Shown here one piece after another: positions 1 to 9,568 of a stretch of DNA of 64,000 bases (the first letter of the stretch is position 1; the number at the start of each line of letters is the position of its first letter). Below the pieces are notes generated by a model. It was not told where the DNA came from. It saw only the letters and a program-made list of their open reading frames with translations, and did no database searches. A program made the position numbers and the translations under genes. Location: assembly GCA_963764715.1 (NCBI GenBank), contig CAVXTP010000009.1, forward strand, positions 32,001-96,000. The letters run 5' to 3'. Origin of the DNA: an uncultured Acidobacteriota bacterium. Its GTDB lineage: Bacteria > Acidobacteriota > Thermoanaerobaculia > UBA5066 > Gp7-AA6.

Positions 1-413
1 AAGCGGACGCGGTAGCGGCCGGGGGCGCCTTCGACGCTCGTCACGCGCGCGCCGAAGAGGGCTTCGGCTCCGAGCTCGGCGGCGCGGGCGGCGAGAAGGA
101 GGTCGATCCTCTCCCGGGACAATCCCGCGCCGGGCCGCGGCAGGACGAACGGGACGGCGGCCCCGCCGTGGGCCGGGTGGATCACGCCCCGCTCGATGCG
201 CTCGGCCTCGGCGACGACCGCCGAGCGCAGGCCGAGCGGCTCCAGGCGCTCGAGCGCCGAGGGGGACAGGAATTCGCCGCAGACCTTGGGCCGCGGGAAC
301 CGGTCCTTCTCGAGGAGAAGGACCTCGCGCCCCGCCCGGGCGAGCGTCGCCGCGGCCGCGGAGCCCGCGGGCCCGGCGCCGACCACGACCGCATCGTAGG
401 GTGCGCGCGGCAT
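1..413 (-). CDS. NAD(P)/FAD-dependent oxidoreductase (geranylgeranyl reductase/halogenase-like), runs off the window
   Basis: My translation of the - strand from ATG at 413 gives [51 protein letters not shown], with GxGxxG and FPRxKxCGE motifs. The ATG overlaps the upstream TGA. Confidence 0.85.
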   Translation of the reverse strand, partial: MPRAPYDAVVVGAGPAGSAAAATLARAGREVLLLEKDRFPRPKVCGEFLSPSALERLEPLGLRSAVVAEAERIERGVIHPAHGGAAVPFVLPRPGAGLSRERIDLLLAARAAELGAEALFGARVTSVEGAPGRYRVR

Positions 414-1114
414 CAGGCGCCTCCCCACACGAGGAGGCGGAACGGAAAGACGCGCCGCGCCCGCGCCCGCGCGTCGACCGAGCGGGCCACCTCGAGCGCC
501 TCGTCGGGCGTGTAGGCCTGGCGAACGGAGGCGGCCCCGTCCTCGACCGAGATCCGGGCCTGGAACAGGAGCGGCCCGGCGAGCGAGACGAAGAGCTCGG
601 GAACGCGGTGGCGCCGCAGGTCGAGCACGGCGAATCCTCGCCGGGACACGCGCCGAAACTCGCCGAGCAGCCGCCGGTTTTCCTCGGGGGAGAAATGATG
701 GAAGAAGAGCGTCGAGACGGCGAAGTCGAAGGCCCCGTCCCGAAAGGGCAGCGCGAAGGCGTCCGCGGCGACCGGCGAGGGCGGCCCCCCGGCGGCGAGC
801 GCCCGGCCGGCCGCGAGGTGCCGCCACTGGAGGTCGAGCGCGACGACGGTCGTCTGCAGGCCGGCGTCGGAAAGCGACCGGCGCAGACGCCACGCCACGT
901 CGCCCGAGCCCGCCCCGACGTCGAGCACGGCCACGCGGGCGCCGGTCAGCGAGCGCGCCCGGCTCCGGAGGTGCCGTTCGAGCGCCCGCGACGCGCCCCA
1001 CCGGCGGTTCACCAGCTGGAGATCGGCGAGCGACCGCCGCATCTCTCCGGCGGGAAGGTTCGGATCGTCGAGGCGCTCCCGCGACGGCCGGCGCGGCGGA
1101 ACGAAAAACGACAT
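413..1114 (-). CDS. Class I SAM-dependent methyltransferase
   Basis: VLDVGAGSGD motif I, DAFALPF and STLFFHHF. Confidence 0.85.
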   Translation of the reverse strand: MSFFVPPRRPSRERLDDPNLPAGEMRRSLADLQLVNRRWGASRALERHLRSRARSLTGARVAVLDVGAGSGDVAWRLRRSLSDAGLQTTVVALDLQWRHLAAGRALAAGGPPSPVAADAFALPFRDGAFDFAVSTLFFHHFSPEENRRLLGEFRRVSRRGFAVLDLRRHRVPELFVSLAGPLLFQARISVEDGAASVRQAYTPDEALEVARSVDARARARRVFPFRLLVWGGA

Positions 1115-1122
1115 CCCGCCCG

Positions 1123-1296
1123 TCAGGCTCCGCGGGCCACCACGAGGGTGCTGTTCCTGGAGCCGAGACCGGTGCAGTTGCAGAGCCGGTCGATGCCGCT
1201 CTTTCCGCGGGCGAGGGCCCGCGCGTTCGCTTCGCGCCCCGTGCCGTTGGGAGGCAGGCAGCCGATGCCGGTGATGCCGATGCGGCGCCCTCCCAT
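1123..1296 (-). pseudogene. 57-aa FabF/beta-ketoacyl synthase-like remnant with an apparent internal deletion
   Basis: MGGRRIGITGIGCLPPNGTGREANARALARGKSGIDRL-CNCTGLGSRNSTLVVARGA joins a KAS-like N-terminus to a KAS-like C-terminal strand. TACGAT lies 6 nt upstream of the ATG. Confidence 0.65.
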
Positions 1297-1357
1297 ACCT
1301 CCATCGTATGCGGCGCGCGTGCCATTCGTCCGCCCGCCTGAGAAAGGGCTAACCCCG

Positions 1358-2146
1358 CTACGGCGGCGCGTTCTCCTCGAACCACCGGTCGAGGAGGCGG
1401 AGCAGGCGCAGGGGGACGAATTTCACCAGTCCGTCGGCGTGGAGGGCCCCCGGGAGGTCCAGGTGCACGTGCTCCACGGGCTCGGCCGCGGACCGCGCGA
1501 GGGCCCGCCCGTGCGAGGGGTCCACCAGCCAGTCCCCCTCGGAGGTCACGATCAGCTTGGGGATGGCGAGCATCGCGACGGCGTCCGACGCCCGGGGCTT
1601 CCTCCGGGCGAGTTGCCGGGCCGCGAGCCGAGGCACCTTCATGGCGTGCCGCAGCCGCACCTGCCGGATGGCGCCGGCCTTCCAGGGCTTGGGGCGCAGG
1701 GACCCGAAATCCGCCGGCGAGGAAACCATGGCCAGGGCCCGGCAGGGCAGATCGGGCCGCATGGCCAGGGCCTGGGCGGCGATCGACCCGCCCATGGATA
1801 GCCCCAGGACGGCGAAGCGGTCGTAGAGACGCCCGGCTCCCACGAGCTCGCCGATGACGGCGTGGAAGTCGTGGTGCTCCGAGATTCCGAAAGCGTAGCC
1901 GCCCTCGCTGTCCCCGTGGCCGCGAAAGTCGAGCGCGGCGACGTCGTAGCCCCGCCGGAGGAAATGGTTGGCGAGGAAGAGATTCTCCTTCGCCAGGCGC
2001 ACGCGCCAGAAGCCGGGCGCGAGCACGAGGAGCTCCCGCGACGGCCGGCGCCAGAGCGTGTAGGCGATCGAGACGCCGTCGTGGGCCGGCGCGCGCCGGT
2101 GCGAGATCTCGTGCGACGTCGACTTGGGCGAGGCGCGCCGCGTCAT
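1358..2146 (-). CDS. Alpha/beta-fold hydrolase
   Basis: DFRGHGDS and the GLSMGG nucleophile elbow. ATG at 2146 overlaps the moeA stop. Confidence 0.85.
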   Translation of the reverse strand: MTRRASPKSTSHEISHRRAPAHDGVSIAYTLWRRPSRELLVLAPGFWRVRLAKENLFLANHFLRRGYDVAALDFRGHGDSEGGYAFGISEHHDFHAVIGELVGAGRLYDRFAVLGLSMGGSIAAQALAMRPDLPCRALAMVSSPADFGSLRPKPWKAGAIRQVRLRHAMKVPRLAARQLARRKPRASDAVAMLAIPKLIVTSEGDWLVDPSHGRALARSAAEPVEHVHLDLPGALHADGLVKFVPLRLLRLLDRWFEENAPP

Positions 2147-3348
2147 CTCTCGAGCCGCAGGCAGTCGACGGTCGAGCCCTCGGCGAGGCGGTCGACGTCC
2201 GCCGGGATCCGGATGAGCGCGTTCGCCCGTCCGTGCGCCGCGAGGTCGTGGCTGCCGAGGCTCTCGACCGGCGCGACCCGCAGCCGTCCGTCGTCGGACG
2301 CGTCGAGGACGGCGTCGCGATAGGTCTCCCGCCGGCCGCGCACGAGGATCTCGCGCTCGAGGCGCGCGCGGGTCGCCGGGGCGCCGGGGCGCGCCGCGCC
2401 CTCGAGGCAGTCGAGCGCGAAGCGCACGAACAGGTGGAAGCAGACGCTGGCCGAGACGGGGTTTCCGGGCAGGCCGAACCAGAACGTACCGCCCCGGCGG
2501 CCGAACGCCACGGGCCTTCCGGGGCGGACGGCCACGCGGTGAAAGAGGATCTCGAAGCCCGCGCGCGCGGCTTCCTCCGGGAGGAGGTCGAGGTCGCCGG
2601 CGGACACGCCGCCGCTCGTGAGGAGGACGTCTTCCGCTCGGCCCGCCTCGCGGAAGAGGCGCGCGACGGCTCCGTCCTCGTCGGGCACGGCCGGCCGGGT
2701 GGAGGCGATCCGGCCCGTCGCCCCGCAGAGGGCCGCGAGCATCGGCCCGTTGGAATCGCGCAGCTGTCCGGGTCCCGGTTTCGTGGCGGCGGGCACGAGC
2801 TCGTTTCCGGTCACGGCGATCGCGATCCGCGGGCGGCGGCCGACGTCGACCGGGTCCGCGCCCGCCAGCGCCGCGAGCGCGATCCCGGCCGCCGAGAGGC
2901 GCTCCCCGCGCGCGAGCAGCCGGACGCCCGCCGCGATGCTTTCGCCGCGGCGCCGGACGTGCTCGCCGGCGCGCGGGACGACGCCCGGACGCACCCGGCC
3001 CGCTTCGCGCCGGACGTCCTCGACGGCGACGACCGCCTCGGTCCCCGCCGGGATGGGCGCTCCCGTCATCACGCGCACGGCCTCGCCCGGAGAGATGGGC
3101 GCCGGGGGGCGGTCGCCCGCCGCGACGAGGCCGGGGCGCTCCGCGAGATCGGCGCCGGCGGCCGCGACGTCCGCGAGCCGCACGGCGTAACCGTCCATCG
3201 CCGACGTGTCGAAGGGAGGCCAGTCGACGTCGGAGGCGAGGTCGCGCGCGAGAAACCGCCCGGATGCCTCCGAGAGCGGGACCCGCTCGGGCGCGCCCGG
3301 CGTGCAGGCGCGGCGAAGGACGTCCAGGGCCTCGGCGACGGTGATCAC
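2143..3348 (-). CDS. moeA: Molybdopterin molybdotransferase MoeA
   Basis: PPFDTSAMDGYAV, VMTGAPIP, SGGVSAGDLD and GLPGNPVS motifs. Confidence 0.95.
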   Translation of the reverse strand: MITVAEALDVLRRACTPGAPERVPLSEASGRFLARDLASDVDWPPFDTSAMDGYAVRLADVAAAGADLAERPGLVAAGDRPPAPISPGEAVRVMTGAPIPAGTEAVVAVEDVRREAGRVRPGVVPRAGEHVRRRGESIAAGVRLLARGERLSAAGIALAALAGADPVDVGRRPRIAIAVTGNELVPAATKPGPGQLRDSNGPMLAALCGATGRIASTRPAVPDEDGAVARLFREAGRAEDVLLTSGGVSAGDLDLLPEEAARAGFEILFHRVAVRPGRPVAFGRRGGTFWFGLPGNPVSASVCFHLFVRFALDCLEGAARPGAPATRARLEREILVRGRRETYRDAVLDASDDGRLRVAPVESLGSHDLAAHGRANALIRIPADVDRLAEGSTVDCLRLER

Positions 3349-3405
3349 GCGGCGATTCTACGGCGTCGGGCCCGGGCGCCGCGGGGCCTGCTACCATTCG
3401 CCGCC

Positions 3406-3774
3406 ATGCCGATCTACGAGTACGTCTGCGGCAAGTGCCACAAGAAGACGGAAGTCATCCAGCGCATGAACGAAGCGCCGCTGAAGGTCTGTCCCCACTG
3501 CGGCGGCAAGCTCAAGAAGGCCTTCTCCGCGCCGGCGATCCAGTTCAAGGGCAGCGGCTGGTACGTGACCGATTACGCGCGCGCGAAGTCGGAGAGCGGC
3601 GGAAAGTCCTCGGGGAAGTCGGACAAGGCCGAGCGCGAGGAATCCGCGTCGGGCTCGGGCGAAAAGGCCGAAAAGGCCGAGAAGGCGGAGAAGGCTGAGA
3701 AGGCTGAGAAGACGGCGAAGTCCGAAAAAAAGGACAGGGGCGAAAAGAAGAAAACCCGCGGCTCGGATTCCTGA
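3406..3774 (+). CDS. FmdB-family zinc-ribbon protein with a low-complexity (EKA)n tail
   Basis: MPIYEYVCGKC...CPHCGG...FKGSGWYVTDY. Confidence 0.9.
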   Translation: MPIYEYVCGKCHKKTEVIQRMNEAPLKVCPHCGGKLKKAFSAPAIQFKGSGWYVTDYARAKSESGGKSSGKSDKAEREESASGSGEKAEKAEKAEKAEKAEKTAKSEKKDRGEKKKTRGSDS

Positions 3775-3778
3775 AACG

Positions 3779-3794
3779 CGGCCCGGAACTTGCA
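3779..3794 (+). promoter_or_regulatory. Putative sigma54 -24/-12 promoter
   Basis: CGGCCCGGAACTTGCA matches YGGCACG-N4-TTGCW with correct GG/GC spacing. Confidence 0.5.
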
Positions 3795-3842
3795 ATTTCC
3801 TCCCGGTGAGCGCTCGGAAGCGCTCCCGAAAGGAGGATCCCA

Positions 3843-4148
3843 ATGCTGCTGGCGAGCGTCGTTCTGGCGGCGCAGGTTTCGGGAACGCCCCCGGCGCGGG
3901 CCGACGTCGCGAAACCCTGCGCGGACCCGTCCCTGTTGTGTCAGATCAGTCCCTTCTTCTGCCCGGGAACGTATCCGGCGGGGCTCGAGCCCTGCTGGCC
4001 GGAGGGCACGCGCGAAACGCGCACTCTGTCGAGCCGCCCGGCCGCGCCCGCGGGAGGCGCCTTCCGCCGGGAGTCTTCGACGCGGACCGGGTCGACCTCC
4101 GGGTCGACGCGGCGCGCGCCGGCGAAGAACGCAGGCCGGGAACGCTGA
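3843..4148 (+). CDS. Small putative secreted protein with four Cys
   Basis: AGGAGG RBS, short hydrophobic N-terminus, and KPCADPSLLCQISPFFC...EPCWP. Confidence 0.55.
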   Translation: MLLASVVLAAQVSGTPPARADVAKPCADPSLLCQISPFFCPGTYPAGLEPCWPEGTRETRTLSSRPAAPAGGAFRRESSTRTGSTSGSTRRAPAKNAGRER

Positions 4149-4164
4149 CGGGTGAGACGGGATG

Positions 4165-4187
4165 GGCCCTCGAGATCTCGAGGCCCC
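4165..4187. terminator. Hairpin between convergent genes
   Basis: Near-perfect palindrome GGGCCCTCGAGATCTCGAGGCCC. No U-tract. Confidence 0.35.
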
Positions 4188-4221
4188 ACGCCGTCGCATC
4201 CGCCTCGATGAATCCGGAACC

Positions 4222-4695
4222 TCAGGGCGCGAGCACGAAATTGTCCGACGCCACGAGCTCCCCGTTGTTGATCCCGTCGGCGACCATGGAGGCCTGCGCG
4301 GTCAGGTTCTGACTCGGAGCTCCGGGCGCGAGCGTCCCGACGGCGTTGATCGTGACGTGCGAGTTGGTGTTCGAGTCGAGGGTGTTGAGCGTCCAGGTCA
4401 CCGTCGAGTCGCTGAAGGTCGCCGACGTTCCGGGGCTGGCGTCGACGTTGTTGATCTGGAGCGGCGCGGGGAGGGTGGCCGTGACGACGCCGTCGTGCAC
4501 GCCCTCCACCCCGACGGCGGTGGTGGAAACGCTCATGTCGAACGGCACGCCCGACTGCACGGTGTCCGGAACGTCGACGGCGAGCGTCGCGAGGGCGCCG
4601 CCCGTTCCGGTCACGTCGTCGTTGTTGTTGCAGGCCACGAGGCCCGCGAGAGGAAGAGCGAGGAGCGAGAGCCGTACCCACCGGGAAATGCGCAT
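4222..4695 (-). CDS. Lipoprotein with a DUF11-like Ig fold
   Basis: Lipobox LAGLVAC, Thr/Val-rich beta pattern (VTWTLNTL), AGGAGG RBS. Confidence 0.75.
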   Translation of the reverse strand: MRISRWVRLSLLALPLAGLVACNNNDDVTGTGGALATLAVDVPDTVQSGVPFDMSVSTTAVGVEGVHDGVVTATLPAPLQINNVDASPGTSATFSDSTVTWTLNTLDSNTNSHVTINAVGTLAPGAPSQNLTAQASMVADGINNGELVASDNFVLAP

Positions 4696-4743
4696 GAAAC
4701 CTCCTTGTCGTCCGGCACCAGCGCCGGAGAGGAGGCTCAGGGG

Positions 4744-4759
4744 AGCAAGGCCGGTGCCA
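4744..4759 (-). promoter_or_regulatory. Sigma54 -24/-12 promoter
   Basis: TGGCACCGGCCTTGCT on the - strand, near consensus, about 50 nt upstream of the lipoprotein ATG. Confidence 0.75.
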
Positions 4760-4764
4760 CCGCG

Positions 4765-5631
4765 TTACAGCTTGAGGCCCTGCAGATATTGCTTGAACGG
4801 GCCCCCGAGGTCGTCCCGCTTCAGCGCGAACTCGACGGTCGCCTTGAGGAAGCCGAGCTTGTCGCCCGCGTCGTACCGCCGGCCTTCGAAGAGGAGGCCG
4901 TCGATCGGGCCGCGCGCGAGCAGCGTCTTCAGCGCGCTCGTCAGCTGGATCTCGCCGCCCACGTCCGAGCGCGTGTCCTCGAGGATGTCGAAGATCTCGG
5001 GCGGCAGGAGGTAACGGCCGATGATCGCGAGGTTCGACGGCGCCTTCTCCGGCGAGGGTTTCTCGACCATGTCGGTGATCTCGACGACTCCGCCTTCGAT
5101 GCGCCGGCCGGCCACGATCCCGTACTGGCGCGTCTCGGCGCGGGGGACCTCCTGCAGCGCGATGACGGGGTTCCCGCGCCGCTCGTGGAGCCGGATCATC
5201 TGGCCGATGCACGGCACCTCGGCGTCGACGATGTCGTCGCCGAGCATCACGGCGAAGTGCTGCCGGCCGACGAGGTCCTTGGCCTGGAGGACGGCGTGGC
5301 CCAGGCCGAGCGCCTGCTTCTGGCGGACGTAGGAGACCGGGATCATGTCCGACACCTGGCGGACCTCGGCGAGGAGGCCCTCCTTGCCGCGTTCCTGGAG
5401 CATCGCCTCGAGCTCGGGCGCGGAGTCGAAGTGGTCCTCGATCGCGTTCTTGCCGCGGCCCGTGACGATCACGATCCGCTCGATTCCGGCGTCGCGGGCC
5501 TCTTCGACGACGTACTGGATGAGGGGCCGGTCGACGAGCGGCAGCATCTCCTTGGGCTGGGCCTTGGTGGCGGGCAGGAACCGCGTGCCGAGGCCCGCGG
5601 CGGGGAAGACGGCGACGCGAATGGCGGCCAT
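4765..5631 (-). CDS. galU: UTP--glucose-1-phosphate uridylyltransferase
   Basis: AVFPAAGLGTRFLPATKAQPKEMLP. Confidence 0.97.
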   Translation of the reverse strand: MAAIRVAVFPAAGLGTRFLPATKAQPKEMLPLVDRPLIQYVVEEARDAGIERIVIVTGRGKNAIEDHFDSAPELEAMLQERGKEGLLAEVRQVSDMIPVSYVRQKQALGLGHAVLQAKDLVGRQHFAVMLGDDIVDAEVPCIGQMIRLHERRGNPVIALQEVPRAETRQYGIVAGRRIEGGVVEITDMVEKPSPEKAPSNLAIIGRYLLPPEIFDILEDTRSDVGGEIQLTSALKTLLARGPIDGLLFEGRRYDAGDKLGFLKATVEFALKRDDLGGPFKQYLQGLKL

Positions 5632-5691
5632 GGGGCGAGTTTAGCCGATCGGCGAGCCGTCCCCGGGGCCGCCAGCCCGTACAATAGCGTC

Positions 5692-7470
5692 GTGCGGATC
5701 GACAAAAGAACGACCCGGCGGGGCCGCGCGCTCGGCCTCCTCGCGGCGGCGCTCCTCGCGTGGCCCGCGCCGTGTGCGCGCGCCGCGGCGTGGTGGCGGC
5801 TGCCGCTGTGGGGCGCCGAGGTCCGCGTCTTCGCGGTCGATCCGTTCCAGAGCGGCGTGCTCTACTGCGGCACCTCGCGCGGCAACTTCTACGGCTCGCA
5901 CGACGCGGGCGCGACGTGGGAGCCGCTCGCCCCGGGCCCCGCGTTCCCCGGCTTCTACGTGACGGGCCTCGTCGCCGATCCCGCGGCGCCGGGACGGCTC
6001 TGGGCGTCGCTCGCCGGGGAGCTTCGCGGCGGCCTCGTCGTGGTCAGCGACGATCGCGGCGCGTCGTGGCGGCCGCTCCTCCAGTCGGCGGGGGCCGTGA
6101 CGACGCGCGCGCTGGCGCTCGCGCCGGGACAGCCGCGCCTGGTGGCGGTCGGCGGCGACGACGGCGTCCGCCTGTCCTCCGACGGCGGGAAGAGCTGGAC
6201 GCGCACCGGCCAGGGCGTCCCGGGGCTGCAGCAGGTCGAGTCGCTCGCCTTCGATCCGGCCGACCGGCGCGTCCTCTACGCGGGGACCTGGCGGCAGGCC
6301 TTCCGGACGCAGGACGGCGGCGCGTCCTGGACGCGCATCGCCGAGGGCATGGTCCTCGACGCGACCGTCTACGCGTGGGACTTCGACGCCGCCGACGCGC
6401 GCGACATCTGGGTGTCGACCTGCGGCTGGGTCTACCGCTCGAAGGACGGCGGCGACCGTTGGACGCGCTACACGACCGGCTTCACCAACCGGCGCTCGCA
6501 CGCCGTGCGCCGCGACCCGCGCCGCCCCGGGGTCGTCTACGCCGCGACCGTCGGCGGCCTGCACCGCTCCGAGGACGGCGGCGCGACGTGGGCGCGCATC
6601 TCGCGCGACACGCTCGTCGTGACCGCGCTCGAGGTCGACCGGCGCACCGGACGCCTGTACGTGGGCACGGAGGGCGAGGGCATCTTCTTCTCCGACGACG
6701 CGGGCGCGACGCTCCAGCCGGGCTCGCAGGGCCTGACCGAGAGCCGCGTCTCAGAGGTCGTCGCGGACCCGAACGACCCGTCGCGCGTCTTCTTCTTCCG
6801 GGCCTTCGCCGGCGAGGAGAGCGGTGTGTGGGAGGCCGCGGGCCGGCAGGTGCGCAAGGTCTCGCTCGATCCGCTGCCGGCGTCGGCGTCGCTCGCGGCC
6901 TTCCGCGGGCGCGACGGCCGGACGGTGCTCCTGATCGCGAGCTCCTCCGGCGTCCGCGTCTCGCGCGACGGCGGCGTCCGCTGGACGGCCGCGGCCGCCG
7001 CGCCGCCCGGCTCGCCGATCGTTCTCTACGGCGAGCCGTTCGAGTCGCCCGTCCTCGTGACGACCGAGGGCGTGTTCCGGACGTCCGACGGCGAACGGTT
7101 CACGGCGGTCCCGGGAGGGCTGCGCCGGGTGGCTTCGGCCGAGCTCCTCGCCGACCGCAACGGGGAGGCGGTCCTCGAGGTCCGTTCGGGCGACGTGCTG
7201 TCGTGGTGGGACGGGCAGAACTGGTCGACGAAGAAGAAGGCGCTCCTCGGGGGCGGCATCTTCCTTCAGGATGCCGCGTCCGCGAAGCCCGTGAGCGGCT
7301 GGTCGAATCTGCAGGAAGTCGGCGGGACGCTCTTCTGGCAGGAGGGCCGCAGCCGCCGGGCGTTCACGAGCCCGCGCTCCTCGCTCATCCTCGCCTCGGC
7401 CGCGCAGGCGCACGGCGGGCGGGTCTACCTCGGAACGATGGGCGACGGCCTCTTCCTGTTCGAGCCCTAG
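5692..7470 (+). CDS. Secreted BNR/Asp-box beta-propeller (YCF48/sortilin-like) protein
   Basis: Signal peptide and repeated SxDGGxTW Asp-boxes. GTG start lies 6 nt after TACAAT. Confidence 0.85.
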   Translation: MRIDKRTTRRGRALGLLAAALLAWPAPCARAAAWWRLPLWGAEVRVFAVDPFQSGVLYCGTSRGNFYGSHDAGATWEPLAPGPAFPGFYVTGLVADPAAPGRLWASLAGELRGGLVVVSDDRGASWRPLLQSAGAVTTRALALAPGQPRLVAVGGDDGVRLSSDGGKSWTRTGQGVPGLQQVESLAFDPADRRVLYAGTWRQAFRTQDGGASWTRIAEGMVLDATVYAWDFDAADARDIWVSTCGWVYRSKDGGDRWTRYTTGFTNRRSHAVRRDPRRPGVVYAATVGGLHRSEDGGATWARISRDTLVVTALEVDRRTGRLYVGTEGEGIFFSDDAGATLQPGSQGLTESRVSEVVADPNDPSRVFFFRAFAGEESGVWEAAGRQVRKVSLDPLPASASLAAFRGRDGRTVLLIASSSGVRVSRDGGVRWTAAAAAPPGSPIVLYGEPFESPVLVTTEGVFRTSDGERFTAVPGGLRRVASAELLADRNGEAVLEVRSGDVLSWWDGQNWSTKKKALLGGGIFLQDAASAKPVSGWSNLQEVGGTLFWQEGRSRRAFTSPRSSLILASAAQAHGGRVYLGTMGDGLFLFEP

Positions 7471-7559
7471 GGGTCAGGTCTTCACTTTTTCGAAGGCCCC
7501 GGAAGGTTCGGCTGACGCCTCGGACGGAACCGGGGCCCGAAAAATGAAGACCTGACCCC
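7470..7559. repeat. REP/MITE-like hairpin, GGGGTCAGGTCTTCA family, copy 1
   Basis: GGGGTCAGGTCTTCACTTTTTCG...CGAAAAATGAAGACCTGACCCC inverted arms. Confidence 0.85.
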
Positions 7560-7677
7560 CTACGGAAGTCGTTCCAGCCTTCACTTTTTCGAAGGCCCCG
7601 GAAGGTTCGGCTGACGCCTCGGACGGAACCGGGGCCCGAAAAATGAAGACCTGACCCCCTACGGAAGTCGTTCCAGC
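7480..7677. repeat. 99-bp tandem duplication
   Basis: 7480-7578 is identical to 7579-7677, with CTTCA microhomology at the junctions. Confidence 0.9.
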
Positions 7678-8134
7678 TTCAAGGTCGTCCCCGCCGCGAC
7701 GCCCTCCTTCGCCGCCATTCCGCCGGCGATCTCGAGCACCAGCCGGACCTTGCCGTCGGGACCGTAGGTCGGGCAGGGGTCGGCCTTGCACGGGGGCGTG
7801 TTCGCCGAGACGTAGACGACCCGGCCCGACGCGTCCATCCAGATCATGTCGAGCGGGATCATCGTGTTCTTCATCCAGAAGTGGTGCGGCGCGTCCTCGG
7901 GGAACACGAAGAGCATCCCGGTGCGGTCCGGCAGGTTCTCGCGGAACATCAGGCCCTGGGCCTGGTCCTCGGGCGTCAGGGCGAGCTCGAGGGAGTAGCG
8001 CGCGCCGGACGGCAGGACGGCGGCCGGGCCGGCGGCGGCCGTGGGTGTCGCGGCCGGCGGGGCCGAGGAGCCCGGCGATGCGCCGCAGGCCGCCGCCAGG
8101 ACCGAGATGGCCAGCATCGCCGGGAGGCGTCGGA

Positions 8135-8138
<4 letters not shown>
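7659..8138 (-). CDS. DUF192-family lipoprotein
   Basis: LAAAC lipobox, [27 protein letters not shown] and VLEIAGG. GTGA-coupled to pilR. Confidence 0.9.

Positions 8139-9564
<1,426 letters not shown>

Positions 9565-9568
<4 letters not shown>

Noticed and set aside
7480-7677. Possible CRISPR array (also the 29-bp repeat at 37571-37628)
   Set aside because: Units are directly adjacent with no unique spacers, there are only two copies, and no cas genes are present.
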